Shown one piece after another: positions 8,758-19,876 of a DNA stretch of 64,000 nt. Origin of the DNA: Nitrospirales bacterium (GTDB taxonomy: Bacteria > Nitrospirota > Nitrospiria > Nitrospirales > UBA8639); NCBI GenBank assembly GCA_963555755.3, contig OY820905.2:3168001-3232000 (forward strand), given 5' to 3'. How positions within the stretch are numbered: the first letter of the stretch is position 1; each line of letters starts with the position of its first letter. The translations under genes were made by a program, and so were the position numbers. Under the pieces are notes generated by a model. The model ran no database searches, had not been told where the DNA came from, and worked only from the letters and a program-made list of their open reading frames with translations.

Positions 8758-11115
8758 GTGCCTGAGAGAAGTTTGAATATTATCCTTTCCGTACTGATCC
8801 TACCTCTTTTGTTCGCTATGTCCTTACAGGGCTGTAGCGAAGACAAAGTCCCGACGCCCACCAACACGTCCGATAAAAAAACGGTCATGGCTGAACCCGC
8901 CGCATACATAGGCGCCAACATATGTGCAGAATGCCATCAGGAGATTTCCAACACATGGGAAGAATCGCACCATGCACTGGCCATGAAGAAGGCAATTCAG
9001 AGCACAGTTCTTGGAGATTTTGGCAACACAACGTTTACGCATTTTGGAGTGACCTCAACCTTTTCTCAACGAGATGGAAAATTCTTGGTGAAAACGGATG
9101 GACCAGATGGGAAACTTCAAGAGTACAGAATCAAGTACACCTTTGGAGTGACACCCTTGCAGCAATATCTCATTGAATTTCCTGGTGGGCGGTATCAAGC
9201 GTTGGGAATAGCCTGGGATAGTCGATCTAAAGAAGAAGGCGGGCAACGTTGGTTTCATCTCTATCCAAATGAAAAGATTCCACACGATGATGAGTTGCAT
9301 TGGACAGGCCCGAATCAAAACTGGAATTACATGTGTGCGGAATGCCACTCAACCAATCTCCAAAAAAAATATTCCTTAGAAAAAAATCAATATGAAACGA
9401 CGTGGACGGACATTGATGTTGCATGTGAAGCCTGTCATGGACCGGGATCGCACCATGTGGCCTGGGCGAAAGGAGAGGGAGCAGGAAGTCAGATGCATCC
9501 AAGCACAACAAAGGGTCTCGTGTTCGCATTCCCTGCCTTCAATGAAAGGTCTTGGAAATTCACTGCCGGGGCGAATACCGCCAGCCAAGCAACTAATGTC
9601 TCATCACATACCGAGATAGACGCCTGTGCCAGGTGCCATTCTCGTCGTAGGACCATCAATGATAATTATCAACATGGGAAACATGTACTTGAAACGCATC
9701 TGCCCTCTCTCCTTGAACAAGGGCTGTACTATGAGGACGGACAGATTCAGGATGAAGTGTATGTCTACGGATCGTTTCTGCAAAGCAAGATGTATCACGC
9801 TGGGGTCACATGTGGTGATTGCCATGAGCCGCATGGCTTGAAACTGCGGGAAGCCGGAAACGCTCTTTGTACGCGTTGCCATCGTTCAGAACATTTCGAC
9901 ATGCCGGAACACCATTTCCACAAGGCAGGAGCAGTCGGTGCCCAATGCGTAAATTGCCACATGCCTGAAAAAAACTATATGGTGATTGACCCCCGTCGGG
10001 ACCACAGCATTCGCCTGCCCCAACCAAGTCTATCTATCAAGCTAGGCACACCCAATGCCTGCAATCAATGTCATAAAACCCAGACCACTCAGTGGGCAGC
10101 AGACGTTGTAAAGAAATGGTATGGCCCCCCAAAACATGACCGGCCCCATTATGGAGAAATGCTCGCGGCCGGGCGTGGAGGAGAGTCAGGTGCAGACCTG
10201 GCCTTGATGAAGCTCGCTAAAGATAAATCTACCCCAGGAATTGTTCGAGCATCGGCCCTGTCCCTGCTCCGTGACTACCCAAGTCAAAAAATGGTGCAGG
10301 CTCTTAAAGTCGGCATGAAGGACAAAGATCCTCTAGTCAGAATTGGCGCCTTACGGGCCCTTGATGTCTTAGGACCCAGCCAGAGATACGAGGTGGGAAG
10401 TCCTTTAATCAACGATCCGGTTCGAGCAGTGAGAATAGAAGCAGGGCGCCAGCTCGCAGCGGGTCCTCAAAGCCAACTTACTTCGAGTCAACAAGCAAAA
10501 CTAGACAAAGCCGTCGAAGAATACGTTCAGTCGCAACTCGTGAATGCAGAGCGACCGAGTTCGCATCTCAACCTTGGTATTCTGCATGCCGAACGTGGGA
10601 AGTTTCCACAGGCGGAAGAAGCCTATCAAACTGCCCTGCGATTGGATGCGAGTTTTTATCCCGCGCTTGTCAATCTCGCCGATCTGTATCGGGTGCAGAA
10701 ACGAGACAAGGAAGGAGAACCACTTCTTCGCCAGGCGTTGAACGTGGCTCCTCATGATGCCTCGGTGCACCATGCCTTAGGCTTGCTTCTCGTACGAACA
10801 GACCAAAAGGCCGAGGCTATGCCGGCTTTGAAACGGGCTTGGGAAATACAATCAGACAATCCTCGCTACGGGTATGTCTATGGAATCGCCTTAAACTCGG
10901 ACGGGAAAAGCAACGAGGCTATAGTGGTATTGGAAGAAACTCTCCAACATCATACAAACAACCCCCAAATCCTTATGATTCTCCTCACGATCCATCGTGA
11001 TCGTGGCAACCAAAAGGATGCGGCCCAGTATGCGAAGCGCCTCATGGCGCTGTCACCTCAAGACCCGGGTGTTCGACAGTTGCTCCAACAGCTTCAATCA
11101 AGCGAACAAAACTGA
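8758..11115 (+). CDS. Octaheme cytochrome c lipoprotein with HEAT and TPR repeats
   Basis: Lipobox LQGC; eight CxxCH motifs (CAECH x2, CEACH, CARCH, CGDCH, CTRCH, CVNCH, CNQCH); DKDPLVR HEAT-like repeats; C-terminal TPRs. Confidence 0.9.
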   Translation: MPERSLNIILSVLILPLLFAMSLQGCSEDKVPTPTNTSDKKTVMAEPAAYIGANICAECHQEISNTWEESHHALAMKKAIQSTVLGDFGNTTFTHFGVTSTFSQRDGKFLVKTDGPDGKLQEYRIKYTFGVTPLQQYLIEFPGGRYQALGIAWDSRSKEEGGQRWFHLYPNEKIPHDDELHWTGPNQNWNYMCAECHSTNLQKKYSLEKNQYETTWTDIDVACEACHGPGSHHVAWAKGEGAGSQMHPSTTKGLVFAFPAFNERSWKFTAGANTASQATNVSSHTEIDACARCHSRRRTINDNYQHGKHVLETHLPSLLEQGLYYEDGQIQDEVYVYGSFLQSKMYHAGVTCGDCHEPHGLKLREAGNALCTRCHRSEHFDMPEHHFHKAGAVGAQCVNCHMPEKNYMVIDPRRDHSIRLPQPSLSIKLGTPNACNQCHKTQTTQWAADVVKKWYGPPKHDRPHYGEMLAAGRGGESGADLALMKLAKDKSTPGIVRASALSLLRDYPSQKMVQALKVGMKDKDPLVRIGALRALDVLGPSQRYEVGSPLINDPVRAVRIEAGRQLAAGPQSQLTSSQQAKLDKAVEEYVQSQLVNAERPSSHLNLGILHAERGKFPQAEEAYQTALRLDASFYPALVNLADLYRVQKRDKEGEPLLRQALNVAPHDASVHHALGLLLVRTDQKAEAMPALKRAWEIQSDNPRYGYVYGIALNSDGKSNEAIVVLEETLQHHTNNPQILMILLTIHRDRGNQKDAAQYAKRLMALSPQDPGVRQLLQQLQSSEQN

Positions 11116-11181
11116 TGCTGCGCAGAGTGGGGAGGCACATAGTTGACGCTGGCATAGGGATTGGGAGGGATGGAGGATGAT

Positions 11182-11220
11182 GTGCGGGTTCTTGTGATCA
11201 ACAGCGGGAGTTCCTCCATT
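11182..11220 (+). pseudogene. ackA: 13-codon acetate kinase N-terminal remnant
   Basis: GGAGG RBS then VRVLVINSGSSSI, the acetate kinase N-terminal signature; stops just before an IS6-type MITE. Confidence 0.65.
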
Positions 11221-11236
11221 TGGGTTTGGAGTTTAG

Positions 11237-11368
11237 GGTATTGTCAACTTAACGAAAATTGGACACTGAACAAACACTTCACCTGGCTATAATCCATTGA
11301 TTTGCCAGGGGTCAGGTTACCGGTTCCATGCGTAGACGGATCCAAATTTGGCTTAAGTTGACAATACC
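11237..11368. mobile_element. 132-bp IS6-derived MITE
   Basis: TIR GGTATTGTCAACTTAA at both ends, identical to the IS6 at 46150. Confidence 0.8.
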
Positions 11369-11376
11369 CTCGAAAC

Positions 11377-11961
11377 TCATGATTTAAGAAGGGCATTCCA
11401 TGTCTTGACCGCAGGGTATCCTCGATAGTAGCTGAGGATATTGAGCGTGCCAGTATCAAGAAGGAAGTTTCGGCCAGCAGTGGCAGGAAGATCCAACCAA
11501 CGGGCCACCAGTACTCGAAGGATATGCCCGTGGGCAAAGAGAGCGACAACACCCCTGACCGACCGAACCCTTGCAATCACGCGATCTGCCCGTGCACCAA
11601 TCTGTTCGGGGGTTTCACCACCAGGTGCTCCATCATTGAAAACCAACCAACCCGGTACCGTTTCATGTATCTGCCGAGAGGTAATGCCCTCGTATTCACC
11701 ATAATTCCATTCCATTAAATTGGTGTCGACGTCTGCTTGATCCCCTAGTCCTGATAACTTACAGGTTTCCCTCGCTCGCTGGAGCGGGCTAGTGAGCACC
11801 AGGACAAATGACTCTTTTGCCAAAACTGGCTGTAATAACTTCGCCAGTGTTCTCCCATTCTCAGTCAAGGGAATGTCTGTGACCCCGGTATGTTGTCCGT
11901 TCAGGCTCCACGCGGTTTCCCCATGCCTGATGATATACACAAGCTGTTCATTGTTCTCCAT
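11377..11961 (-). CDS. Histidine phosphatase family protein
   Basis: RHGET, SPLQRARET, EWNYGEYEG and AHG motifs. Confidence 0.9.
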   Translation of the reverse strand: MENNEQLVYIIRHGETAWSLNGQHTGVTDIPLTENGRTLAKLLQPVLAKESFVLVLTSPLQRARETCKLSGLGDQADVDTNLMEWNYGEYEGITSRQIHETVPGWLVFNDGAPGGETPEQIGARADRVIARVRSVRGVVALFAHGHILRVLVARWLDLPATAGRNFLLDTGTLNILSYYRGYPAVKTWNALLKS

Positions 11962-12213
11962 AGGTTACCCTTTGTCAATTGAATGCCCCAGAAAGAAACC
12001 CGTACCCTCTCTAATGAGTTTCGAGTTCCGGGTGAGGGAAGCAAAATTTTTACACAGAACGAACAAGGCACCTACATTTTTCCCTTTGAAGTCTATCTAA
12101 TCGTTAAACGAATTGACTACACTATTTACTCTTGAACAGAATAGATGACAAGATACCCAACTCCGTATGTACTATTCCACGAGTGGTTCTGTAAGCCGTG
12201 AAGGAGCTATCTT

Positions 12214-12957
12214 ATGAGCAAGAATCCAATCACACGAGAAAAATATGATGCTGTCCTCTTTGATTTGGACGGCGTGATTACCGCTACGGCAAAATTGCAT
12301 GCCGCTTGTTGGAAAAAGATGTTCGATGAATACTTAGAGAAACGTGCCAATCAAAAAGGAGTACCCTTCACACCATTCGAGATAGCGACGGATTATAAAC
12401 TGTATGTCGATGGCAAGCCACGATTTGACGGGGTCCGAGATTTTTTAAAATCGCGGGACATCAACCTTCCTGAGGGTACGCATGACGATTCACCAGAGAC
12501 GGAGACCGTGGGGGGACTGGGAAACCGCAAGAATGTATTGATCAACGAACTCATCAACTCCGTTGGTGTCGATGCCTATGAAGGAACCATTGCACTGGCC
12601 CGTCAGGTTGCGAATGAGGGCATCAAGATTGCCGTAGTGACATCAAGTCAAAATTGCGACGCGGTATTGAAGGCTGCCAAAATCGACGACCTTTTCAAAG
12701 TTCGAGTTGATGGTAACACCATCCAGGAGCAACATCTTTCCGGAAAACCTGCCCCGGACTCCTATTTGGAAGGTGCCAGGCTTTTGGGCGTTGACCCTAA
12801 AAGGACCGTCGTCATCGAAGATGCGATCTCTGGTGTTCAATCCGGCCGCAATGGAAATTTCGGACTCGTGATTGGGGTTGATCGAAAAGGCAATGCCGAT
12901 GAGCTCAAAGAAAATGGGGCTGATGTCGTGGTGAAGGATTTGGGAGAGTTTTTGTAG
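12214..12957 (+). CDS. Beta-phosphoglucomutase family HAD hydrolase
   Basis: FDLDGVIT, GKPAPD and IEDAISG motifs; adjacent to a GH65 gene. Confidence 0.9.
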   Translation: MSKNPITREKYDAVLFDLDGVITATAKLHAACWKKMFDEYLEKRANQKGVPFTPFEIATDYKLYVDGKPRFDGVRDFLKSRDINLPEGTHDDSPETETVGGLGNRKNVLINELINSVGVDAYEGTIALARQVANEGIKIAVVTSSQNCDAVLKAAKIDDLFKVRVDGNTIQEQHLSGKPAPDSYLEGARLLGVDPKRTVVIEDAISGVQSGRNGNFGLVIGVDRKGNADELKENGADVVVKDLGEFL

Positions 12958-12974
12958 TCATATATTTGTATTCA

Positions 12975-13986
12975 TATGCCTTCCCATTTGACTAAGGTTA
13001 GTCCCTAGACTAGTCTGCTGGACTATGGACACAGGGTATGCTGCTGATATCTTGGATTTTTCTGTTAGGTTCCACACCGAAGAAGCGTGCTTCGAGTACT
13101 TGCGGGCGATTCGGTGGCCAGACGGGTTTATGTGTCCAGCTTGCGGTCATCGCGGTGGTTGGTGGCTCAAAAAATATTTCCGGTTTGAGTGTTCGTCGTG
13201 TCATAGACAGACATCACCGCTAAGCGGCACAGTGATGCATAGATCGCACTTGCCGCTACGGCTTTGGTTTTGGGCTGCCTATTTCGTCTCCACGCACACA
13301 CCTGGCATCAGTGCTGTGCAATTGCAGCGTCAACTCAGTATCAAGAAGGTGGATAGCGCCTGGTATTTGCTCCACAGATTGCGACGAGGAATGGTACGAC
13401 AGAACCGTGAACGGCTCGCAGGAACAGTTGAAGCCGATGAAACCCATATCGGTGGACCGGTAAAAGGCAAAACGGGCCGTGGCGTCGCGAAAGCGAAAAC
13501 CAAGACGTTAATAGCCGGAGCCGTAGAAATTGTCACGTACACACAAGGGGATCACTTTCGAGAGAAAGCAGGGCGTTTACGATTAGCGATTCTTCAAGAC
13601 GCTGGAGAGAACGAGATCAAAGCATTCCTCAATAGCCATGTCGCTGAGGGCAGTAAGATCAAGTCCGATGGTTGGAAGGGATACTCGGCAAAAGCCTTGG
13701 CAGGATACGAACACCTGAGACGGACCCAGGGTGACCCAGCAAGTGCTGGGAAGCACGCTCCACACATCCATAGAGCGTTCGGCAATCTGCAGACCTGGCT
13801 GAACGGGATTCACCATGGAGTGGATTCAAAATACCTGCAACACTATCTTGATGAGTTTGTCTTTCGCTATAACCGCCGTGAGACTCCAATGAGTACCTTC
13901 CAGAGTTTGTTGAAAATCCTGACCAGCAGCTCAAAACCCTTGGGATTCAATAAACTGAAGCAACCTTAGTTAAATGGGAAGGCATA
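12975..13986 (+). mobile_element. IS1595-family insertion sequence, copy 1 (1012 bp)
   Basis: TIR TATGCCTTCCCATTT(G/A)ACTAAGG; 8-bp TSD TGTATTCA; second copy at 38278-39289. Confidence 0.93.
13025..13969 (+). CDS. IS1595-family transposase
   Basis: Zn ribbon CPACG...CSSC, VEADETHIGG, SDGWKGY, YLDEFVFRYNRR. Confidence 0.93.
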   Translation: MDTGYAADILDFSVRFHTEEACFEYLRAIRWPDGFMCPACGHRGGWWLKKYFRFECSSCHRQTSPLSGTVMHRSHLPLRLWFWAAYFVSTHTPGISAVQLQRQLSIKKVDSAWYLLHRLRRGMVRQNRERLAGTVEADETHIGGPVKGKTGRGVAKAKTKTLIAGAVEIVTYTQGDHFREKAGRLRLAILQDAGENEIKAFLNSHVAEGSKIKSDGWKGYSAKALAGYEHLRRTQGDPASAGKHAPHIHRAFGNLQTWLNGIHHGVDSKYLQHYLDEFVFRYNRRETPMSTFQSLLKILTSSSKPLGFNKLKQP

Positions 13987-14028
13987 TGTATTCATATAGA
14001 CAATTATCCAACAAAAAGGTCAATTATC

Positions 14029-16419
14029 ATGATACACCATGAACGCGTCAAACCCGATCATCATGTCTATCCCCCTGATGAATGGAACATAATCGAAAAG
14101 AAGTTCAATCCCAATTTCTTAGCACAGGCAGAAACCATGCTTGCTGTAGGAAACGGATATCTGGGAATGCGGGGGTGCCCTGAGGAAGGCGGGCCGGCCG
14201 GCCAGGAAGGAACCTTTATCAACGGCTTGTACGAATCCTGGCCCATTGTGTATGGGGAAGAAGCCTACGGGTACGCCAAGACCGGCCAAACGATTGTCAA
14301 CGCAACAGACACGAAAATTATCAGGCTCTATGTAGACGATGAGCCCTTTTGGCTACCCAATGCGAATCTACTCAGTTACGATCGTCGGCTGAATATGAAA
14401 GCCGGGATGCTTGAGCGAGAAATCTTGTGGGAAACGCCCTCAGGGAAGCAGGTGCTGATTAAGTCTCAGAGACTGGTATCATTTCAGCATCGCCACCTGG
14501 CAGCCATCTCCTATGAAGTGACCGTTCAGAACGCTCACGCTCCGGTGGTGATTGCCTCGCAAATGGTCACCACGCACCGGCAGAATTCTAAAGACGATAA
14601 TGATCCTCGCAAGGCCAAGGCGTTCAAAGCCAAAGTCCTTCATCCACTCATGAACGTTGTTCAAGATCGTCGAGTGGTTCTCTGCCATTCCACGAAAAAC
14701 AGTAAGATGATGCTTAGTTGTGGGATTGATCATACTTTGGAGACAGAATGTCCTTATTCCTACAAAGGCGAATGCTCCGAGGAATTTGGACAAATTGTTT
14801 TTACCATCGAGGCACAACCAGGTCACTCGATTCACCTGACGAAGTACATGGCGTATCACATCTCTCATACGGCTTCCTTTGAGGAAATGGATGATCGAGT
14901 TGAACGAACCCTGGAGCGTGCGGTCACCAGTGGTTTTTCATCCTTGCAGATTGGCCAACAAGAATACCTGGACGAGTTCTGGCGAAGGAGTGACATCCAG
15001 GTAAGCGGTCTTAGCGAGTCCATGACAAAACGGTCAAACGTGGAGATTCAACAGGCGATTCGCTTCAACCTCTTTCACATCCTTCAGGCGGCAGGGAGAG
15101 CCGATACGACCGGAGTGGCCGCAAAAGGGCTCACGGGGCAGGCCTATGAAGGACACTACTTTTGGGACACTGAAATTTACGTTATGCCTTTTCTCATTTA
15201 TACCAATCCACGGATGGCCAAAAACTTACTGAGCTACCGATACCGCCTGTTGGACAAGGCAAGAGCACGGGCTAGCGAATTAAGCAAAAAAGGAGCCATG
15301 TTTCCCTGGAGAACGATTAATGGCGATGAAGCTTCTGCGTATTATGCAGCGGGGACGGCCCAGTATCACATCAACGCCGACATCATGTACGCCCTGAAGA
15401 AGTATGTGAATGCCACGGGTGATGAAGAGTTTCTGAAAGAGTATGGATCGGAAATGCTGGTTGAAACAGCGCGTTTGTGGGCTGATCTCGGGTTTTTCTC
15501 TAAGCGGAAGGAAGGCAGATTTTGCATCAATGGGGTCACAGGACCCGATGAATATAATACCGTCGTGGACAATAACGTGTTTACCAACCTGATGGCGCAG
15601 GGAAACCTGCGTTATGCAGTGGAAACTATGGAGTGGCTTCGGGAGAAAGACCCGAATGCATTCGCCATTGTTAAGAATAAAACGCAGCTAGATCTTGCCG
15701 AGATCGAAGAATGGAAAACCGCTGCAGACAACATGTATATCCCTGTCGATGAAAGGTTGGGTATTCATCCGCAGGACGATAGTTTCTTGGACAAAGAACG
15801 GTGGGACTTCGAGAATACCCCACCAGAAAAGTACCCATTGCTCTTGGCTTTCCACCCGCTGACTATCTATCGGCATCAGGTCATCAAGCAAGCTGATGTG
15901 GTGCTGGCCATGTTTCTGCATGGTGAAAACTTCTCCCTGGAACAAAAGAAGCGCAATTTTGACTTTTACGACCCTTTAACGACAGGCGATTCCTCGTTGT
16001 CATCCTGTATTCAAAGCATCATTGCATTGGAAATTGGAGAGTACGAGAAGGCCGCATATTATGCCCGAATGGCCCTGTTGATGGATCTTGCTGACGTGGG
16101 GGGAAACGTCAAGGATGGCTGCCATATCGCCTCAATGGGTGGCACCTGGATGGCCTTGGTATATGGGTTTGCAGGGATGCGTGATTATGATGGAGTCTTA
16201 ACGTTTCGACCCAGGAGACCACCGGATGGTGAGGGAATCATGCGAATCCCGCTAACCATGCGTGGACAGAGGATTGAGGTGGAAATCGATGCCGAGGCGC
16301 GCACGGTGAAGTATTCCCTGCGGGAAGGCGATGGACTCATGATCCGTCATGAAGAAGAGGAAATTCACCTGACGAAGGATGAACCACTGGCCACCCGTAC
16401 GCTGGGTAAGGATTCTTGA
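14029..16419 (+). CDS. Glycoside hydrolase family 65 phosphorylase (trehalose/maltose/kojibiose type)
   Basis: GNGYLGMRG, KGLTGQAYEGHYFWDTE, GPDEY, KQADVVL, DSSLS. Confidence 0.92.
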   Translation: MIHHERVKPDHHVYPPDEWNIIEKKFNPNFLAQAETMLAVGNGYLGMRGCPEEGGPAGQEGTFINGLYESWPIVYGEEAYGYAKTGQTIVNATDTKIIRLYVDDEPFWLPNANLLSYDRRLNMKAGMLEREILWETPSGKQVLIKSQRLVSFQHRHLAAISYEVTVQNAHAPVVIASQMVTTHRQNSKDDNDPRKAKAFKAKVLHPLMNVVQDRRVVLCHSTKNSKMMLSCGIDHTLETECPYSYKGECSEEFGQIVFTIEAQPGHSIHLTKYMAYHISHTASFEEMDDRVERTLERAVTSGFSSLQIGQQEYLDEFWRRSDIQVSGLSESMTKRSNVEIQQAIRFNLFHILQAAGRADTTGVAAKGLTGQAYEGHYFWDTEIYVMPFLIYTNPRMAKNLLSYRYRLLDKARARASELSKKGAMFPWRTINGDEASAYYAAGTAQYHINADIMYALKKYVNATGDEEFLKEYGSEMLVETARLWADLGFFSKRKEGRFCINGVTGPDEYNTVVDNNVFTNLMAQGNLRYAVETMEWLREKDPNAFAIVKNKTQLDLAEIEEWKTAADNMYIPVDERLGIHPQDDSFLDKERWDFENTPPEKYPLLLAFHPLTIYRHQVIKQADVVLAMFLHGENFSLEQKKRNFDFYDPLTTGDSSLSSCIQSIIALEIGEYEKAAYYARMALLMDLADVGGNVKDGCHIASMGGTWMALVYGFAGMRDYDGVLTFRPRRPPDGEGIMRIPLTMRGQRIEVEIDAEARTVKYSLREGDGLMIRHEEEEIHLTKDEPLATRTLGKDS

Positions 16420-16475
16420 GTTCTCTTAGGAGGTGTAGTCCATAAGCACGTAGCACCCAATCGGATTAAAGCGAA

Positions 16476-17723
16476 ATGCGTATTCTTGTTCTCAATTGTG
16501 GAAGTTCTTCTCTGAAGTTTCGTCTCCTTGATCTTGGGAAAAAACAGAGGGCGTGAATCGAGTTCTGGTCAACGGTGCAGTCAAGGGCATTGGTGGAACT
16601 GGCACTCTTGAATTCAGTGCGGAAGGGCAAGCAGGATCGAAAATCAGCAAACCTGTTTCTGATCATGCCCACGCCATCCAATGGATATTTGAGGGCCTCG
16701 GAAAGTTACCCGGAGGAGAGAACCACACTGTTGGGCTTTCGCAGGTAGATGCTGTGGGGCACCGGGTGGTCCATGGTGGGGAAAGATTCTCCGCCTCCAT
16801 CTTGATTGATGAGACGGTTGAAAAGGAAATTGAGGGGTTAAGTGTAATTGGCGCCCTTGCATAATCCAGCGTGTCTAGCTGGGATTCGAGGCGCCAACGC
16901 AACGTTGGGTGATAGGGTTCCCATGGTGGCGGTATTTGATACAGCCTTTCACCAAACCATGCCGGCGGTAGCCAAGACCTATGCCCTCCCACATGAGATG
17001 GCTTCCCGACACGGGATTCATCGATATGGTTTCCATGGCATTGCCCATGCATCCCTTGCCGATGGGTACGCAAAGTTCAAGGGCAACGCACCCTCTGACA
17101 TTCGAATTATCACGTTGCAATTAGGGAATGGGTGCTCGGTCACTGCTATTGCCGGTGGGAAATCTGTTGAAACCTCGATGGGGTTCACCCCTTTGGAGGG
17201 TTTGGTGATGGGAACCCGATCAGGAGATGTCGATCCCTCTGTCGTCAGTTATCTGTCCGAGAAAGAAAAAGTCGAGCCTTCGGAAGTCGAACTATGGCTG
17301 AATGAAAAATCCGGCCTGTTGGGGATTTCTGGAAGAACCAATGACATGCGGGAATTACTGCTCGCTGCCTCTCAGGAACACGACGAGCAGGCACAACTTG
17401 CCATTAATCTATTTTGCTATCGGGCCAAAAAATACATCGGGGCTTACTTGGCCATTTTGGGAGGTGCCGAGGCAATAATATTCGGTGGAGGCATTGGTGA
17501 GGCGTCCAGCGCCATTCGGGCTCGGATCTGCGAGGGTATGGGATGGTGCGGATTGCAGTTGGACGAGGGAAAGAATAACGCAGCGGTTGGTCTCCAGCCA
17601 GGACATGTCGCCATAATCAGCAAAGGGAACTCTTCTCTGAATGCGTATGTCGTGGCCGCTGATGAGGAAACGTGGATTGCACGAGAGACTGTCCGTTGCC
17701 TAAAGGCAACGAACGGCGTTTAG
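16476..17723 (+). pseudogene. ackA: Acetate kinase with two frameshifts
   Basis: MRILVLNCGSSSLK, VGHRVVHGG and APLHNP/FDTAFH/SMGFTPLEG spread over three ORF segments; shifts near 16540 (A run) and 16845. Confidence 0.88.
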
Positions 17724-17861
17724 AGTTCAGAGTTCCGGGTTTTGCGTTTAAAGTTAGGAAATATTTAGGAATCTGAATTTGTGTATTTGTGTTATTTCAA
17801 TCTCACTCGAAACAATGAACTCTGAACTCGAAACTTATTCATATATTCATGGAGGTCTAAA

Positions 17862-18451
17862 ATGGGGAATGCCTTATCAAAAAAAGAACTGGACCTGGTG
17901 AATGCCTACTGGCGGGCGGCGAATTACCTGTCGATTGGGTAAATCTATCTCTATGACAACCCCTTACTCAAGGAGCCCTTGAAAAAGGAGCATATCAAAC
18001 CGAGGCTTCTCGGACACTGGGGCACAACCCCGGGCTTGAATTTCATTTACGTTCACTTGAATCGGTTAATCAAAGAGCATGCTTTGAACATGATTTACAT
18101 TATTGGACCTGGACACGGCGGGCCGGGCCTGGTGGCGAATGCCTACCTTGAGGGGACCTACAGTGAGGTCTATCCGAACATTTCACAGGATGAAGAAGGG
18201 TTGAAGCGCCTCTACACGCAATTTTCCTTTCCCGGTGGGATTCCCAGTCATGTGGCTCCGGAAACTCCTGGATCAATCCATGAAGGTGGTGAGTTGGGTT
18301 ATGCCGTCTCCCATGCCTATGGGGCGGCATACGATAATCCAGATCTGATCGTGGCGTGCGTGGTCGGAGATGGCGAGGCGGAAACCGGACCGCTTGCGAC
18401 GAGCTGGCACTCCAACAAATTTTTGAATCCAGAAACCGATGGAGTCGTTCT
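17862..18451 (+). pseudogene. xfp: Phosphoketolase with a nonsense codon, truncated by ISL3
   Basis: [20 protein letters not shown] (TAA at 17940), [26 protein letters not shown]; ends at the IS TIR. Confidence 0.9.
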
Positions 18452-19876
18452 GGATCATACGCAATAGTGGGTATTCAGAGTATAAGGTACAATGAGCATT
18501 GGTATCATGAACGGTGGACATTGTATGGAACTCACCCCAGAGATTTTCGAATTAATTTTTCCCAAAGGCGTCTTTGCGTGGTTTGACCTCACCAACGGTA
18601 CACGCGATGGAGACACGACCGCCATCACGTTTGCGGAAAAAGACATTCCCCCACTCACCGACGAACACACACACCTAAAGATCGTGGCCCGAAAGTTTCA
18701 CCCGATCACCGTGACCGACTTCCCTCTCAGAGGCCGCCCCACGCGCCTCACGTTTCGGCGTCGGTACTGGCCACTCGAGGGGCAGCAGGCGTATCTCACA
18801 CGCGACAGCAAGCTGGTCGTTCCGGGCACCCAGCTTGAACACGAGTTCGCCGCTTGTTTAAAAGAAGACGGCCGAGACGGAAGCCACCTCGCTGGCCACC
18901 ATCGCCAAATCCCAGAAGATCCCGGTCAAAGAGGTTGAACAGCAGTACAAGCATCCCCTGAGCGGAGTCACAACCTGGAGCCAGCGAGACCATGCCGACA
19001 CGTGGATGCTCTTTCCTGAGAACATCGGCCCTCAGTTGAGCATTGATGAAGTGGCTGTGACCAATGGAGAGCTCTACACTGTCCTGACCAACAAAGCCGC
19101 GCATAGCAAACAGGGGGCATGGGTCGCGATGGTGGAGGGGACGCAAGTGTGTGATATCACGCCTATGCTGGCGAAAATCCCCTTCGAGAAAAGAACGCTC
19201 GTTACCGAAGTGACGCTGGATATGTCAGGGGCGATGCATGCGATGGTGACACAGGCGTTCCCAAGCGCCACGCTCGTCTTAGACCGCTTCCACGTCCAAC
19301 GCCTCGTCTCCGAGGCGGTACAGGAAATTCGCATTGGGGTGAGACGAGAAGCCCTCAAAGACGAACACCACCAGCTCAAACACGCTCAACAGGAGAAGAA
19401 ACCCTATCGCCCCCAGATGGTGGAAAATGGAGATACCCCCAAACAGCTTCTGGCCAGAAGCCGCTATCTCCTCTTTAAACCGCAGAGTCAGTGGTACGCC
19501 CAACAGCAAGAACGCGCCACGATCCTCTTTCGCGAATACCCACCACTCAAGACGGCCTACGAGCTCGCCATGATGTTTCGTGCGTGTTACGAATACCGCA
19601 CCACACAATCCGAGGCGAACGAAAAACTCACGCACTGGTATCAGAAGGTGGAAGAGCAAGACCTTGAGTCCTTCCTCGTCCCTGCTGAGTCTATCCGGTT
19701 GCATGAACCGACTATCCTGACCTACTTCATCAATCGCAGTCCCAATGCTTCCGCAGAGTCATTTAACGCCAAGCTCACACATTTCCGAGCTCTCGTACGA
19801 GGAGTCAGAGACAAGAAATTTCATTTATTCAGAGTTGCTAAGCTGTATGGGTAAAACCATATATTGCGTATGATCC
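18452..19876 (+). mobile_element. ISL3-family (ISAon1-like) insertion sequence
   Basis: Perfect 15-bp TIR GGATCATACGCAATA; no TSD; flanks belong to unrelated truncated genes. Confidence 0.85.
18525..19854 (+). CDS. ISL3/ISAon1-like transposase in two overlapping frames
   Basis: orfA with TDFPLRG...RRRYW; orfB with LSIDE, VTLDM, DRFHV and NASAESFNAK; the +1 frame opens at TTTAAAAG near 18860. Confidence 0.75.
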
